Positions 40,239-51,395 of a DNA stretch of 64,000 nucleotides are shown here, one piece after another. The notes under the pieces are model-generated. The model had not been told where the DNA came from. It made no database searches and was given only the letters and a program-made list of their open reading frames with translations. How positions within the stretch are numbered: position 1 is the stretch's first letter; every line of letters starts with the position of its first letter. The position numbers and the translations under genes are program-made. The DNA is taken from positions 96,001-160,000 of the forward strand of contig JANRLD010000115.1 in assembly GCA_033762915.1 (NCBI GenBank), given 5' to 3'. Source of the DNA: Meiothermus sp. (lineage in GTDB: Bacteria; Deinococcota; Deinococci; Deinococcales; Thermaceae).

Positions 40239-43058
40239 GTGATGGCAAAGGCCAAATCCAAACGCGCACGTCAGCCCAAGCTCTCCGAGACCGAGCGCCG
40301 TTTCGAGCGCGAAGCCCTCAGCCTGATCCCCATCGGGCTGGCGGTACTGCTGGCCTCGAGCATCTACTTCCAGAGCCGCCTGGCCGGAAGCCTGGGCCAC
40401 ACCATCCACGACTTCCTCTACGGCAACCTCGGCTACCTGTCGTGGCTGATCCCGCCCCTACTGCTTATCACCGGCGTGCTAATTCTGCTGGACAAGCCGC
40501 TGCGCCTTTTTGCGTGGTTCGCCGGGCTGACCGCCGTCGCAGCGCTGGTGGCGCTGCCGCTGGTGGCCCACTTCAACCGGCCCGTGACCGGGAGGCTGGG
40601 CGTCTGGATGTACGGAATGCTGGCCGGGACGCTGGGCGTCGTGGGGCTGCTGGTGCCGATGGTGCTGCTGAGCTTCGTGGCCGACCTGGCCATCGGGCGG
40701 CGGCCGGGCTTTCTGATCGGGCGGGGCAGCCGCCGGGTGGCGGACGCGGCAGGAAGGCTCTATTCGGCCTTCCTGCGCTCTCAACAGGCGGGCAGGCTGC
40801 TGCACGAGAGCCGCGCCTTAACCGAGCGCTACCCCGAGCACAAGGCCCTGGTCACGCTGCAAGAAGACCTGCGCGCTTTCCGCAATGCCCCCAACGACCC
40901 CGAGGCGCTGGCGGGCTTTGACAAGCTGCTGTACGACTTCAAGGCCGAGCGGGCCAAGGAACTGAGCGAGAAACTCAAGGCCGAGGTGCGCCCGCTGCCG
41001 GTAAAGCTCGAGCGACTCGCCGCCGCGCTGGCCGCCCCCATCCAGGGCGACGAGCTGGCTCAGGCCCTCGAGGAGCGCCGCACCGCGCTGGTGCTGGAGA
41101 TCGGCACCCTGCTCACCCGCGCCTCCAACCTCACGCGGGCTTCGGAGCAGGCCGCCAAAACCCTGCTCTCCCCCACCGCCAAGGGGCTGCTGAACGCCTG
41201 GGACGAGCACCAGGCCCGGCTGAACCAGTGGCGCGAGTGCGAGGAGGTCACGCTGGGCCTCGAGAAGCGGGTGGACGCCTGGCTCAAGTGGGCCGAGTGG
41301 GTGGAGGGTGCGCCCTCCGAGGCCCGGCCCGCCGGGCTGCGGGCGCTTTTGGAGAAGGGCCTGATAGACCCGCCCGCCTACGAGGTGGTTACCAAGCCCA
41401 CCCCGGTGCAGCCCGAGTTCGACTTTGATTTTGTTTTTCCCGAGCCAGGCGAGCCTGAACGGGTCGAGACCGCCCCGGGCGCAAACGCCTCCGGCGCAGC
41501 TAAGCCCTCGCCCAGCGTGGAGATCAAGCCCGCTGCCCCCACCCCCACGCCCAGCAAGAAGCTGCCACCCGCCCGCCCCCGCACCACCAAGCTGGTGCTG
41601 CCAGCCCTCGACCTGCTGGACAAGGCCGAGGCCCCCCGCTACGACCCCAAGGCCCTCGAGATCATCACCCGGCGGCAGGTCGAGCTGATCGACGACACCC
41701 TGCGCCACCACAACGTCGAGGCCAAGGTGGTCAACTGGAGCCGCGGCCCCACCGTCACCCGCTACGAGCTCGAGCCCGCGCCCGGCGAGAAGATCAGCCG
41801 GGTGCAGAACCTCCACAACGACCTGGCCCTAGCGCTTGCGGCCGGGTCGGTGCGGATCGAGGCCCCCATCCCCGGCAAGAGCGTGATCGGCCTCGAGGTG
41901 CCCAACACCGAGCGCGAGCTGGTGCGCTACAGCGAGGCCCTGCACTCCCAGGCCTTCACCCGCTCCAAGGAGCTGCTCCCGATGGTGCTGGGCAAGAGCA
42001 TCGACGGCGAGTTCTGGGTCAAAGACCTGGCCAAGATGCCCCACCTCCTGATCGCGGGCTCCACCGGCTCGGGCAAGTCGGTGGCGGTCAACACCCTCAT
42101 CACCAGCCTGCTGTTCAAGTACCTCCCCACCGAGCTGCGCTTCCTGATGATCGACCCCAAGATGGTCGAGCTGACCCCCTACGAGGGCATCCCCCACCTG
42201 GTTCGCCCGGTGGTGACCAACCCCGGTGACGCAGCCGGGGTGCTGTTGGGGGCGGTTGCGCACATGGAGCGGCGCTACAAGATGCTGAGCCAGGTGGGGG
42301 CGCGTAACCTCGAGCAGTTCAACCAGAAGATGAAGGCCGCCGGCGACCCCACCCTGCCCTATCTGGTCATCGTGATCGACGAGCTGGCCGACCTGATGAT
42401 CACCGCGCCCAAGGAGGTCGAGCAGGCCATCCTGCGCTTGGCGCAGATGGCGCGGGCCACCGGGATGCACCTCGTACTGGCCACCCAGCGCCCCTCGGTG
42501 GACATCCTGACCAGCCTGATCAAGGTCAATGTGCCCGCCCGCATGGCCTTCGCGGTGAGCAGCGGCTTCGACTCCCGCACCATCATCGACACCTACGGCG
42601 CGGAGCGGCTGGTGGGCCAGGGCGACATGCTCTACCACCAGCCCGGCCTGCCCAAACCGGTGCGCCTCCAAGGCCCCTACCTGGCCGAGGCCGAGGTCCA
42701 CCGCATCGCAGAGTTCCTGCGCCAGCAAAGCTTCGAGGACTGGTTCGTCGAGCAGTACGGCACCGACTTCGACGGTCCCATCTCGGTCGCGGGGAGCGGC
42801 GCCGACACCGGCGACATCGACTTCGGCGACCCCCTGCTCAAGAAGGCCGCCGAGATCGTGATCGAGGAAGGCTACGCCTCGGTGAGTCGGCTCCAGCGGC
42901 GCTGCTCGGTGGGCCACGCCCGGGCCGGCAAGCTGGTGGACGCCCTCGAGGCCATGGGCATCGTCGGCCCCCACCAGGGCAGCAAACCAAGGGACGTGCT
43001 GATTACCAGGGATCAGTTGCCCGAGTATTTCGGCAGTGAGGCTCGAGAAAGCAATTAG
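40239..43058 (+). CDS. ftsK: DNA translocase FtsK
   Basis: N-terminal TMs, [31 protein letters not shown], gamma domain. Confidence 0.95.
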   Translation: MMAKAKSKRARQPKLSETERRFEREALSLIPIGLAVLLASSIYFQSRLAGSLGHTIHDFLYGNLGYLSWLIPPLLLITGVLILLDKPLRLFAWFAGLTAVAALVALPLVAHFNRPVTGRLGVWMYGMLAGTLGVVGLLVPMVLLSFVADLAIGRRPGFLIGRGSRRVADAAGRLYSAFLRSQQAGRLLHESRALTERYPEHKALVTLQEDLRAFRNAPNDPEALAGFDKLLYDFKAERAKELSEKLKAEVRPLPVKLERLAAALAAPIQGDELAQALEERRTALVLEIGTLLTRASNLTRASEQAAKTLLSPTAKGLLNAWDEHQARLNQWRECEEVTLGLEKRVDAWLKWAEWVEGAPSEARPAGLRALLEKGLIDPPAYEVVTKPTPVQPEFDFDFVFPEPGEPERVETAPGANASGAAKPSPSVEIKPAAPTPTPSKKLPPARPRTTKLVLPALDLLDKAEAPRYDPKALEIITRRQVELIDDTLRHHNVEAKVVNWSRGPTVTRYELEPAPGEKISRVQNLHNDLALALAAGSVRIEAPIPGKSVIGLEVPNTERELVRYSEALHSQAFTRSKELLPMVLGKSIDGEFWVKDLAKMPHLLIAGSTGSGKSVAVNTLITSLLFKYLPTELRFLMIDPKMVELTPYEGIPHLVRPVVTNPGDAAGVLLGAVAHMERRYKMLSQVGARNLEQFNQKMKAAGDPTLPYLVIVIDELADLMITAPKEVEQAILRLAQMARATGMHLVLATQRPSVDILTSLIKVNVPARMAFAVSSGFDSRTIIDTYGAERLVGQGDMLYHQPGLPKPVRLQGPYLAEAEVHRIAEFLRQQSFEDWFVEQYGTDFDGPISVAGSGADTGDIDFGDPLLKKAAEIVIEEGYASVSRLQRRCSVGHARAGKLVDALEAMGIVGPHQGSKPRDVLITRDQLPEYFGSEARESN

Positions 43059-43071
43059 AGGAGTTTGTAGT

Positions 43072-43137
43072 TTGTAGGATGCGTTTTACGCACCGCCGTT
43101 CCAGGGACGGGAGTGCAGAAGTGAGCGCACCCTACAA
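43072..43137. repeat. GTAG-type REP doublet (REPIN-like)
   Basis: TTGTAGGATGCG ... CGCACCCTACAA inverted pair (11/12 match). Confidence 0.6.
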
Positions 43138-43188
43138 CTAGAGCGATTAACTCGAGCCCCGCCCCATAAACTACACGGCCAAAACCGT

Positions 43189-43336
43189 TGTCATTCTGAG
43201 CAGAGCGAAGAATCTCCGAAGGGCGAACACACGTCCACTCAATATTGCGAACAGACTGTCACCGCCAACATCAAACGGGCGACCCTGACGCTCTTCGGAG
43301 ACCCTTCGACTCCGCATCGCTCCGCTCAGGGTGTCA
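43189..43336. repeat. Long inverted-repeat element (GTCATTCTGAGC type)
   Basis: TGTCATTCTGAGCAGAGCGAAGAATCTCCGAAGGGCG pairs imperfectly with CGCTCTTCGGAGACCCTTCG...GCTCAGGGTGTCA. Confidence 0.65.
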
Positions 43337-43415
43337 AGGGACAGGGCTCGAGCCCGCACAAGCGGACCCCGAACTCGAGCCTTCCCTCGAGCGCCTGCAG
43401 TGGATAAATTGAGTC

Positions 43416-43586
43416 ATGTCGATCCTGGATTGGGTAGGGGTAGCGCTGATTATCATCGGGGTGGCGGAGTATGTGATCTTCCAGATGCTGGCCCCCAGCA
43501 AGCCCAACATCGCCCGAATCATGCCGTTCCTCATCGGCAACTCGGTATTCAACGGGATTCTGGGTCTGGTGCTGATCGTGATTTAG
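43416..43586 (+). CDS. Small 2-TM membrane protein (56 aa), not in the ORF track
   Basis: MSILDWVGVALIIIGVAEYVIF...GILGLVLIVI; TAAATT-N5-ATG. Confidence 0.65.
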   Translation: MSILDWVGVALIIIGVAEYVIFQMLAPSKPNIARIMPFLIGNSVFNGILGLVLIVI

Positions 43587-43666
43587 CGCCGGTCGCCGGG
43601 CAGGCCGGCGTGCGGACCTGGAGTCCAAGAGCCCTTATAATGCCTCCTCGAACTCGAGGAGATGAT

Positions 43667-44308
43667 ATGAAACGTGTGTTCTTGGTTTTGGCCTTGATGG
43701 TTGTGGGCAGTCTGGCAATGGCGCAAGGGTTTGCGATCCGGGGGGCGTTTCCGTTTAACCTCAACTCCAACAAGCTGGGAGCTGAAGCCGAAGTGGAATA
43801 CAACGGCAGGCTCGACGCCAACCTCACCTGGGGCCTGCGGGTCAGCTTCCAGCAAGTCCCACTCGACGGCGGGCAGACGACCCTGATTTTCCCCAACGGC
43901 TACCTCGAGTACCGCGTCCCCCTACAGACCGGCGTCAGCGGCTACGGCAGGGCCGAGCTGGGCGTGGGGATACTGCCGCAGTTCTTCCCGAGGGTCGTCC
44001 TGACCGGTGGCCTTGACTCGCGCTACGCCCTGGGGGGCCTCGAGGTGATCGGCCAGGCCAGCGCCTACTTCGACTTCATCGTGACCAACCGGGCCAAGCT
44101 CGGGCTCACGGGCCGCTTCGGTACCCTGCTGATTCCCCTGGTGCCCTACCTCGCCGCCGACCTCAGCTACGACCTCTACCCCCAGACCTTCGTTCCCAAG
44201 GTCTACGCGGGCACCCTCTTGTTCCTCTCCCCACAGTTCTTCCTGGGCCTCGAGGGCGGCGCTGACACCACCCCCTTCGTACGGCTGTTTTTCCAGTACA
44301 GCCAGTAA
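43667..44308 (+). CDS. Putative outer-membrane beta-barrel protein
   Basis: Signal peptide ending AMA; alternating beta-strand pattern; SD GAGGAG and TATAAT upstream. Confidence 0.7.
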   Translation: MKRVFLVLALMVVGSLAMAQGFAIRGAFPFNLNSNKLGAEAEVEYNGRLDANLTWGLRVSFQQVPLDGGQTTLIFPNGYLEYRVPLQTGVSGYGRAELGVGILPQFFPRVVLTGGLDSRYALGGLEVIGQASAYFDFIVTNRAKLGLTGRFGTLLIPLVPYLAADLSYDLYPQTFVPKVYAGTLLFLSPQFFLGLEGGADTTPFVRLFFQYSQ

Positions 44309-44492
44309 CGGTACGGGGGCGAGAGGATGGGAAAGGGAGGTGAGAAAGCGCCACCGGTGGGATTTATCCTCTCTATGGGCTCCCTTCTCCTCCCTCGCTT
44401 TTCCGCTGTGGCTCATCGTCACCTCAGTCACCCCGATTTTAGGTACGACGGTGTAGGCTGTGCCGAGTGGGGCTTCGGCCATAGGGGAATGT

Positions 44493-45476
44493 ATGAGTGA
44501 AATCTACGACGTGGTAATCATCGGCGGCGGCCCGGCGGGGCTGACGGCGGGCATCTACGCGGGGCGCGGCAACCTCAAGACGGTAATCCTCGAGAAGGGT
44601 CTGCCCGGCGGGCAGATCGCCCAGACCGAGGAGGTCGAGAACTACCCCGGCTTCCCCGAGCCCATCAGCGGGGCCGAGCTGTCCGAGCGGATGGTGCAGC
44701 AGGCCAAGCGCTTCGGCGCGGACATCCTGATGGAGGAAGTGCAGTCGGTGCACAAGACCGACCAGGGCTTCGTGGTCAAAGGCTACGAGCGCGACTACCC
44801 TGCCCGCACGGTCATCCTGGCCACCGGCGCTAACCCTAAGGTGCTGGGTGTGCCCGGCGAGGACAAGTTTTACGGGCGCGGGGTGAGCACCTGCGCCACT
44901 TGCGACGGCTTCTTCTACCGGGGCAAGGAAGTGGTGGTGGTGGGGGGCGGCGACGCCGCCGTGGAGGAGGGGCTGTTTTTGACCAAGTTCGCCTCCAAGG
45001 TCACCCTGATCCATCGCCGCGACAGCCTTCGGGCCAACAAGACCGCCCAGGAGCGGGCCTTCGCCAACCCCAAGATGCACTTCGTCTGGAACACCGTGGT
45101 CGAGGAAGTGCTGGGCGAGGAGACCGTAAGCGGGCTACGGCTGAAGAACCTCGAGACCGGCCAGACCTCGGAGTTCAAGACCGACGGGCTGTTCATCTTC
45201 ATCGGGCACGTGCCCAACACCGGCTTCCTGAACGGCCTGGTGGCCCTGCGCCCAGACGGCTACGTGGACGTGAAGGAGGAGATCTACACCTCGCAGCACG
45301 GCCTGCTGGCGGCGGGCGACGTGGCCGACCCCATCTACCGCCAGCTCACCACCAGCGTGGCGGCGGGCACCCGCGCCGCAATGGTGGCCGAGAAGCTGGT
45401 GGCCGAGCTGACCGAGCCCGACTCCCCGGCGGCCCGCAACCCCTCCCCAGTGGTCGAGGAGTACCTCTCGAACTAG
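44493..45476 (+). CDS. trxB: Thioredoxin reductase
   Basis: GGGPAGL, CATC, GGGDAA, HRRD. Confidence 0.96.
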   Translation: MSEIYDVVIIGGGPAGLTAGIYAGRGNLKTVILEKGLPGGQIAQTEEVENYPGFPEPISGAELSERMVQQAKRFGADILMEEVQSVHKTDQGFVVKGYERDYPARTVILATGANPKVLGVPGEDKFYGRGVSTCATCDGFFYRGKEVVVVGGGDAAVEEGLFLTKFASKVTLIHRRDSLRANKTAQERAFANPKMHFVWNTVVEEVLGEETVSGLRLKNLETGQTSEFKTDGLFIFIGHVPNTGFLNGLVALRPDGYVDVKEEIYTSQHGLLAAGDVADPIYRQLTTSVAAGTRAAMVAEKLVAELTEPDSPAARNPSPVVEEYLSN

Positions 45477-45636
45477 GTTACGCCCGGCAGGCACTGCGCC
45501 GTAAGTTGGACCCGCCTAGTTTGGGCGGGCAGGGCACAGGAGATGGTGGCCTGTGCCCTTTGCATTGGCCTCGAGGATGGCCACAGCAAGCGATACTGCC
45601 GTGCACCGTGGCAACCCGGAGCGATTCACTAAGGTA

Positions 45637-45736
45637 GTTGCGCCAGGGTAGGTTTGCGAAATCGCTGGACCTAGCAAGCGGCTGTCTGGCGCAATCTCCG
45701 GCGGACATCCCGGGGGAGCCATTTCGCAATTTCACC
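45637..45736 (+). repeat. Repeat family C, copy 2
   Basis: GTTGCGCCAGGGTAGGTTTGCGAAA...GGCGCAAT...CATTTCGCA. Confidence 0.75.
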
Positions 45737-45993
45737 TGGGAAACGCTCTGACATGAGTCAACCCTCAACCCCTCTGCCCCCGGCGCACATCGGGCCTTTA
45801 GCTGAGCTTAACCCAAATTGTGAGTTTCTTTCATTATGCGGGCATACGGTAAAGCATAGCCGAGGTCGGTTGCCGCAACGGCAATGGCAGAAACCCCGAT
45901 GAGAATTGACATGGCGTGGTTTATAGGGGTCATTTGAACGAAAGAAACCTCCGTTTCAAGACAACATAGGTTTGGGCAGCGTGGGGTGGCGTT

Positions 45994-46701
45994 ATGAGAC
46001 TGGTATGGGGTATCGGGGTGGTATTGGGGCTGGCCTGTGCGCAGCCGAGCCCAACACCGCAGCAGACCTTCGAGCAGACCGAGGCTAGGGCGCTACTGGC
46101 CTTGAGTCAACTGCGTGACCAGCGGGCTGAGGTAGGAAACGCGATAAAGGCCCTCGAGGCCGAGGTGGGCAACCTGCCTACCCTCATCGAGCGGATGAAC
46201 CGGCAGCTCCAAGGCGTTCGCGGCGACTTCGCCCGGGTGCGCCAGGGCGTCTCCAGCCCACTAAGGTGCCTGAAGCGGGCCGACATCGCCTACGCCATCA
46301 ACGGCGGCCTGGCCCACGCGGTGACGGGTAACCTAGCCTTCAGCCTGCGGGGCGACGTGGGCCTCGCGCTGGACGCGGTGCAGAGTGTGGCGGAGCAGCT
46401 CGAGGCCGCCCGGCGCGAACTCGACGCCCGCCTAGATCAGCTCCACCAGCAGGTCAACCGCCTGCGTCTCGCTGTCCTGACCTACCCCGGCGGCTCCGAG
46501 CGCTACAGCCGCCTCCTGGCCGCGGCGGTAGAGGCAACCAGCAAGGCCCAGGCCCAGATCCGTCTCGTCAACCAGAAACAGGCCGACCTCCTCGCGGCCT
46601 CCCAGAACCACCGCCGCGTCGCCGAGCAGATTTACCTCCAGGGCCGGCAGACCCTGACCCAGGCCAAGGGCTGGCTCGAGGGGCTGGCCTGCACCAGCTG
46701 A
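45994..46701 (+). CDS. Secreted or lipoprotein coiled-coil hypothetical protein
   Basis: Signal peptide with GLAC; helical heptad-rich body. Confidence 0.6.
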   Translation: MRLVWGIGVVLGLACAQPSPTPQQTFEQTEARALLALSQLRDQRAEVGNAIKALEAEVGNLPTLIERMNRQLQGVRGDFARVRQGVSSPLRCLKRADIAYAINGGLAHAVTGNLAFSLRGDVGLALDAVQSVAEQLEAARRELDARLDQLHQQVNRLRLAVLTYPGGSERYSRLLAAAVEATSKAQAQIRLVNQKQADLLAASQNHRRVAEQIYLQGRQTLTQAKGWLEGLACTS

Positions 46702-46713
46702 TCAACCCCACGT

Positions 46714-47898
46714 TCAGGGTTGGTTCTTTTTCTCTATCACGCTCGAGAGCAACAGCGCCCCGATCCCGAAGACCCCCGCCTGGGCAATCCAGCCGAGGGC
46801 GTAGTTGCCGCTCCAGTCCACCAGCAGGCCGAAGAGGGGCGGGGCTGAGGCGATGCCGATGGAGGTGAAGGTCAGGCCGAAACCGACCACCCGGCCCTCC
46901 CAGCCGGGCGGAGACAGCTCGGTGAGCAGGGAGAAGTGCAGGCCCTGCCAGCCGAGCGCGGTGGCACCGTAGACGGCCACCACCACCGCCTTGACCCAAA
47001 GCGGGGTGATGACCGGGAGCCAAGCCAGGATCAGGGCGCTCAGGGCCGCCAGCGCGACCATCAGCACCAGCAGGGGCTTACGCCTGCCGCCCAGCCGGTC
47101 GGAGAGCCACGACCAGAAGACCCGGCTAACCGCCCCAGCGATCTGGGCCACCGTGAGCAGGGCTGCCCCGGTCAGGGTGGGCACCTCGAGCCGCTCGTAA
47201 AGAAACAGAATCAAGTAGGTGATCATCACGAACTGGCCGGTAGGCAGGAACATTCCCGAGGAGGCCGCCAGCAGCACGTTGCGCTCGCGCAGCACCTGGG
47301 CCAGCGAGACCTTGGGCTGGTTGGGATTGCGGGGGCGCGGGGGCAGCTTTTCGTAGTAGAGCCTCGAGGCCACCAGTGCCGCCACCACCGCGATGAGGGC
47401 CGCTGCCACCGACGCCCAGCGCCAGCCGTAGAGGTGGGCCACGGCGGGCAGCACGGCGGCCGCCACCGCCCCACCCAGCGGCACCGCCATCTGCCGCAGC
47501 CCGATCACCGTGCCGCGCTGCTCGGCCCGGAAGACCTGGGCCACCGCCTGCGAGCCCGCCGGGGTCGAGGAGGCCACCACCAGCCCCACCAGGAACAAGA
47601 AAGGGATGAAGGAGAGCTGGCTGTGTGCAAATACCGCCACCAGCAGGGCCATCAGCCCGCCCGCCAGGGTACCTGCCACCATCACTGTGCGGCTGCCCAG
47701 TTTATCGGTCAGCCAGCCCGCAGGCAGGGCCCCCAGCATGGTGCCGATGTAGGTGAAAGTGTTCAGCAGCCCCACCGCCGCCAGCGAGAGCTTTAGGTCA
47801 TCGCGGATATAGGGGGCCAGGGTGGGGTAGGCCTGCCCGATGGTTGCAACGGCGGTTCCGGCGACCATCGCGGCGGTGAGAACGAGATAGGGGGACAT
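46714..47898 (-). CDS. MFS transporter
   Basis: GWLTDKLGSR and SDRLGGRRK motif A copies; about 12 TMs. Confidence 0.9.
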   Translation of the reverse strand: MSPYLVLTAAMVAGTAVATIGQAYPTLAPYIRDDLKLSLAAVGLLNTFTYIGTMLGALPAGWLTDKLGSRTVMVAGTLAGGLMALLVAVFAHSQLSFIPFLFLVGLVVASSTPAGSQAVAQVFRAEQRGTVIGLRQMAVPLGGAVAAAVLPAVAHLYGWRWASVAAALIAVVAALVASRLYYEKLPPRPRNPNQPKVSLAQVLRERNVLLAASSGMFLPTGQFVMITYLILFLYERLEVPTLTGAALLTVAQIAGAVSRVFWSWLSDRLGGRRKPLLVLMVALAALSALILAWLPVITPLWVKAVVVAVYGATALGWQGLHFSLLTELSPPGWEGRVVGFGLTFTSIGIASAPPLFGLLVDWSGNYALGWIAQAGVFGIGALLLSSVIEKKNQP

Positions 47899-48053
47899 TT
47901 GGGATGGGGGTCGGGGGAAGAGGAAGAGGGGCGGAGTCGGGGTTTGGTCTGGCGTCTTGAGCCCTGCCTGTGGCCATTGGCCCGTAGCCCAGCATATCGG
48001 TTTCAGCTGACCAGCGGGAAACCCAAAGAGGGCGACCCTCTCCCCGTATAGTC

Positions 48054-48914
48054 ATGGGCGTGAACAGGCTCGAGTCAGTCGTGGAATCGTCGGTTTTCAA
48101 TCGGTTTATCACCGGGGTGATCGTATTTGCCGCTTTGCTGATCGGCCTCGAGACCTATCAGCCCCTGATGGAGCGCTATGTCGAGACGTTTCACCTGCTC
48201 AACAACCTCGTGCTGGGGGTGTTCGTGCTCGAGGCGGCCCTGCGCTTTGCCGCTACCTGGCCGGGCGTGGGGCGCTACTTCCGCAGCGGCTGGAATATAT
48301 TCGACCTCGTCATTATCGTGTTGAGCCTACTCCCCTTCTCGGCGGCCTACGCACCGGTGGTGCGGTTGATCCGGCTGCTGCGGGTGCTGCGCCTGGTGCG
48401 GGCCGTCCCGGAGCTGCAGGTGATCCTGGGGGCGCTGCTCAGGAGCATCCCCTCGATGGGCTACGTGCTGCTGCTGTTGATGCTGTTCCTCTACGTCTAT
48501 GCGGTGGCGGGAGTCTTCCTGTTCGGCCCCAACGACCCGGTACACTTCCGGGATCTCCACACCGCCCTCTTGACTCTGTTCAAAACCCTCACCGGCGAGG
48601 GCTGGACCGACTTCCTGGACGCCGCCTTCTACGGCTGCCAGCGCTTTGAGCTGCCCTTCCCCGAGCAGTGCACCCAGCCCCAGGCCGCACCGCTGCTGGC
48701 GGTGGTCTACTTCGTCAGCTACATCCTGCTGGGCACCATGATCTTCCTTAACCTGATCGTGGGCATCGTGGTCAACAGCATCGACGAGGTGCGCAAGAAC
48801 CAGGAGCGCAAGAAGGCCAGTGAGCAGGCGCTCGAGTTCAACCAGATTCAAGAGAAGTTGTCCGAAGTCCAGCAGATGCTACAGGGGTTCGAAGACCGGT
48901 GGGGCAGGAAGTGA
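48054..48914 (+). CDS. Voltage-gated cation channel (BacNav/CavMr-like)
   Basis: WNIFD, S4 RLIRLLRVLRLVR, filter TGEGWTD, C-terminal coiled coil. Confidence 0.92.
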   Translation: MGVNRLESVVESSVFNRFITGVIVFAALLIGLETYQPLMERYVETFHLLNNLVLGVFVLEAALRFAATWPGVGRYFRSGWNIFDLVIIVLSLLPFSAAYAPVVRLIRLLRVLRLVRAVPELQVILGALLRSIPSMGYVLLLLMLFLYVYAVAGVFLFGPNDPVHFRDLHTALLTLFKTLTGEGWTDFLDAAFYGCQRFELPFPEQCTQPQAAPLLAVVYFVSYILLGTMIFLNLIVGIVVNSIDEVRKNQERKKASEQALEFNQIQEKLSEVQQMLQGFEDRWGRK

Positions 48915-49173
48915 GAGCGGTTCCGCATACTCCCTACGGCGCTAAAGCGGGCGGTTTTTGCTGTAGAGCGGTTCGAACGAACACCCCAGGTGCCCTGGCC
49001 AGGATTTAGCAAGGTCTACGTGCAGACGCCCAAGTTGCGCCAGGGTAGATTTGCGAAAGCTGCGGACGCGGCAACTACGTTCCTGGGCGAAGTGGCGTGC
49101 GCCATAGCCGCAGAGCGGCTACCCGAGGCGCAATTCCCCTCGGGTGTATTGGGGCGACAATTTGCATTTCAAC
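48915..49173 (+). repeat. Family A variant (48915-48985) followed by family C copy 3 (49034-49173)
   Basis: Near-identical to 25569-25630 and to the reverse complement of 1866-1960. Confidence 0.8.
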
Positions 49174-49184
49174 AGTGGAGCCAA

Positions 49185-50351
49185 TTAGTCCTTGCTGTTC
49201 TCCCGTATGAACGCCCCGATCCGACCGGCGGCCTCCTCGAGCGTCGGCTCCGGCTGAACCAGGGCCAGGCGGACGTGGCCCCGCCCCACACCGCCGAAGG
49301 CGCGGCCTGGGGTGAGGGCCACGCCGGTCTCGGTGACCAGGCGCTGGGTGAACTCGAGGTCGTCCATCGCCAGCCCCGGCGGGAGTCTGGCCCATAGGTA
49401 CATGGCCGCCTCGGGCATGGGGATCTGCCAGCCCTGCCGCGCCAGCGCCTCCACCATCGCCACCCGGCGACCCGTCCACACCGCGTTGTCGGCCCGCAGG
49501 CGCTCACGCGACACGCCGAGGGCCGCGACGCCCATGCGGGCGATGCCGAGGTACTGGTTGAAGTCGGTGGGGGCCTTGACCGCCTCGAGGCTCCCGATCG
49601 CCGCCGCGTTACCCAGCGCGAAGCCCAGCCGGAAGCCCGCCATATGGTAGCTCTTGGCGAAGCTGAACAGCTCCACCACCCGCTCTCGCCCGCCCGGCAG
49701 GGCCAGTGGCGAGGGCGGGTCCAGGGTGGCCTGGTCGAGGTAGGGGTTGTCGTGAATCAGCAACAGGCCGTGGCGTCGGCAGAACTCGAGGGCCCCGGCC
49801 CAGAACTCTGACGTAACGGTGGCCGAGGTGGGGTTGTTGGGATAATTGAGCAGCAGAGCCTTGGCGCGTCCTGCCACCTCCAGGGGGACCTCGGAGAGCA
49901 AGGGCAGGTAGCGCCCATCCAGCGGCAACTCGAACACCTCGAGGCCCGCCACGGTGGCTGCTCCGAAGTAGCTGGGGTAGGCCAGACCGCACATCAGCAG
50001 CACGTCGCCGGGGTCGGTCATCGCCAGCAGCAGATTCGCCAGGCCCTCCTGCGAGCCGATCAGTTGCAGGGCCTCGGTCTGGGGGTCGAGGCGCAGGCCG
50101 TAGCGCTGAAAGTACCAGTCGGTGCAGGCCTCGAGGAAGGGCAGTGTCCCGTGCTTAAGGCAATAACCGTAGGTGGAGGGGTCGTCTATGGAATGCCGGA
50201 GTGCCTCGAGGGCCTCGGGCGGCGGCGGCAGGTCGGACGCGCCGATGCTGAGGTCGATAACCTCGCGGCCCAGGGCCCTGGCCTGGGCCTTGGCTGCGCT
50301 CATCCCGACGAAGACCCCGGCATCCGCTGGGACGCGCTTGGAGCGAAACAT
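49185..50351 (-). CDS. Class I/II PLP aminotransferase
   Basis: NYPNNPT, HDNPY, SFAKSYHMAGFRLG. Confidence 0.9.
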   Translation of the reverse strand: MFRSKRVPADAGVFVGMSAAKAQARALGREVIDLSIGASDLPPPPEALEALRHSIDDPSTYGYCLKHGTLPFLEACTDWYFQRYGLRLDPQTEALQLIGSQEGLANLLLAMTDPGDVLLMCGLAYPSYFGAATVAGLEVFELPLDGRYLPLLSEVPLEVAGRAKALLLNYPNNPTSATVTSEFWAGALEFCRRHGLLLIHDNPYLDQATLDPPSPLALPGGRERVVELFSFAKSYHMAGFRLGFALGNAAAIGSLEAVKAPTDFNQYLGIARMGVAALGVSRERLRADNAVWTGRRVAMVEALARQGWQIPMPEAAMYLWARLPPGLAMDDLEFTQRLVTETGVALTPGRAFGGVGRGHVRLALVQPEPTLEEAAGRIGAFIRENSKD

Positions 50352-50354
50352 GCC

Positions 50355-50879
50355 TCAAGTTACCGCAACCGGGGCGCTCGAGTGGGTCAGCCCCAACAGT
50401 TCGAGCAGGTGCCGGTGCCGCTGGCTCTCGGTCAGGAAGCCCAGGCCGCGCCTGCGGACCAGCCAGCTCTTCAGCTCCCTGGCTGCCTCGGGCCGGCCCA
50501 GCAGCCGGGCCAGCTCCCCCGCCTGGCTGAACTGGACGGGGACGGTCGTCTCGGAGTACGAGCAGACCGGGCAGCCCAGCACCATCGGGTTGGAGTCGTA
50601 CTCAAAGACAAGCCGGCCCAAGCGGTAGGCCCACAGCAGCAACAGTTCGTCATCGACGTTAAGCGCGGCCAAAGCCACCGTACGCAGCTTGCGAGAAAGG
50701 GCCTGGGCCGTCCGGGCAAAGCGGTCCAGGTCGGCGTAGAAGGTCTCGAGGGCCGGCGCCTGCGGCACCACCACCCTGACCCATCCGCCCTGGGGCTCGA
50801 GTTCGGCGGGCTCGGACAGCGCGGCGCGGACGGTCTGGGGGTCGGCGCCCCTGAGGTGAATCCAGCCATACGAAGGCAC
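50355..50879 (-). CDS. Hypothetical protein with CxxC
   Basis: TACCCT-N6-GTG; GCPVCS; 3 nt upstream of the aminotransferase. Confidence 0.65.
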   Translation of the reverse strand: MPSYGWIHLRGADPQTVRAALSEPAELEPQGGWVRVVVPQAPALETFYADLDRFARTAQALSRKLRTVALAALNVDDELLLLWAYRLGRLVFEYDSNPMVLGCPVCSYSETTVPVQFSQAGELARLLGRPEAARELKSWLVRRRGLGFLTESQRHRHLLELLGLTHSSAPVAVT

Positions 50880-51169
50880 CGCTCGAGGGTAGACCTGAGG
50901 GCCGTGAGCGGGGTGAGGCTCCCGCTATGGCCGAGCCCCGCAGGGCCCGCGACGAGGGGTTTTAAAACCCTCATGTATTCCCGCGTGCGATTTGCTATCA
51001 TCTGCTCAGGTTGGGGAGTAGCTGCTAGCGCATCGGCCGTCATTTCAGAGCAACCGCTCTCGGTAGATGCAAGTTCAAACCGAACTTTCAGCGAGACCAC
51101 CATAGGCAAACCGCCTGTGGTGGTTTTGTCCTATAGGCAGCAACCAAGCAAGCAGAGCGAAAGGATACG

Positions 51170-51379
51170 ATGAAAAAACTTCTCTTCAAGATTCTTCTAG
51201 GCGTGGCGGGCAAGTTCTTGGCGAAGCGCTTCGGCTACGGGCGGTACGGCGGCCATTACCGCAGCGGCTACGACTACGACCCCTACTACGGCGCGCCGTA
51301 CCGGGGCGGGTTCTTCAAGCCGTACAAGTACAAAAAGAAGAAGAGCAAGCTCAAGAAGCTGATGGACATCTTCGATTAA
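51170..51379 (+). CDS. Small basic Gly/Tyr/Lys-rich protein (69 aa)
   Basis: SD AAAGGA; host-like codons; followed by a terminator. Confidence 0.7.
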   Translation: MKKLLFKILLGVAGKFLAKRFGYGRYGGHYRSGYDYDPYYGAPYRGGFFKPYKYKKKKSKLKKLMDIFD

Positions 51380-51395
51380 GGCATTTCATGCGAGT

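Noticed and set aside
45780..45993. Riboswitch upstream of the coiled-coil protein
   Set aside because: Only small isolated hairpins; no recognisable aptamer consensus
51095..51140. c-di-GMP-I riboswitch suggested by GGCAAACC
   Set aside because: Lacks the GNRA loop and second stem; folds as a simple hairpin
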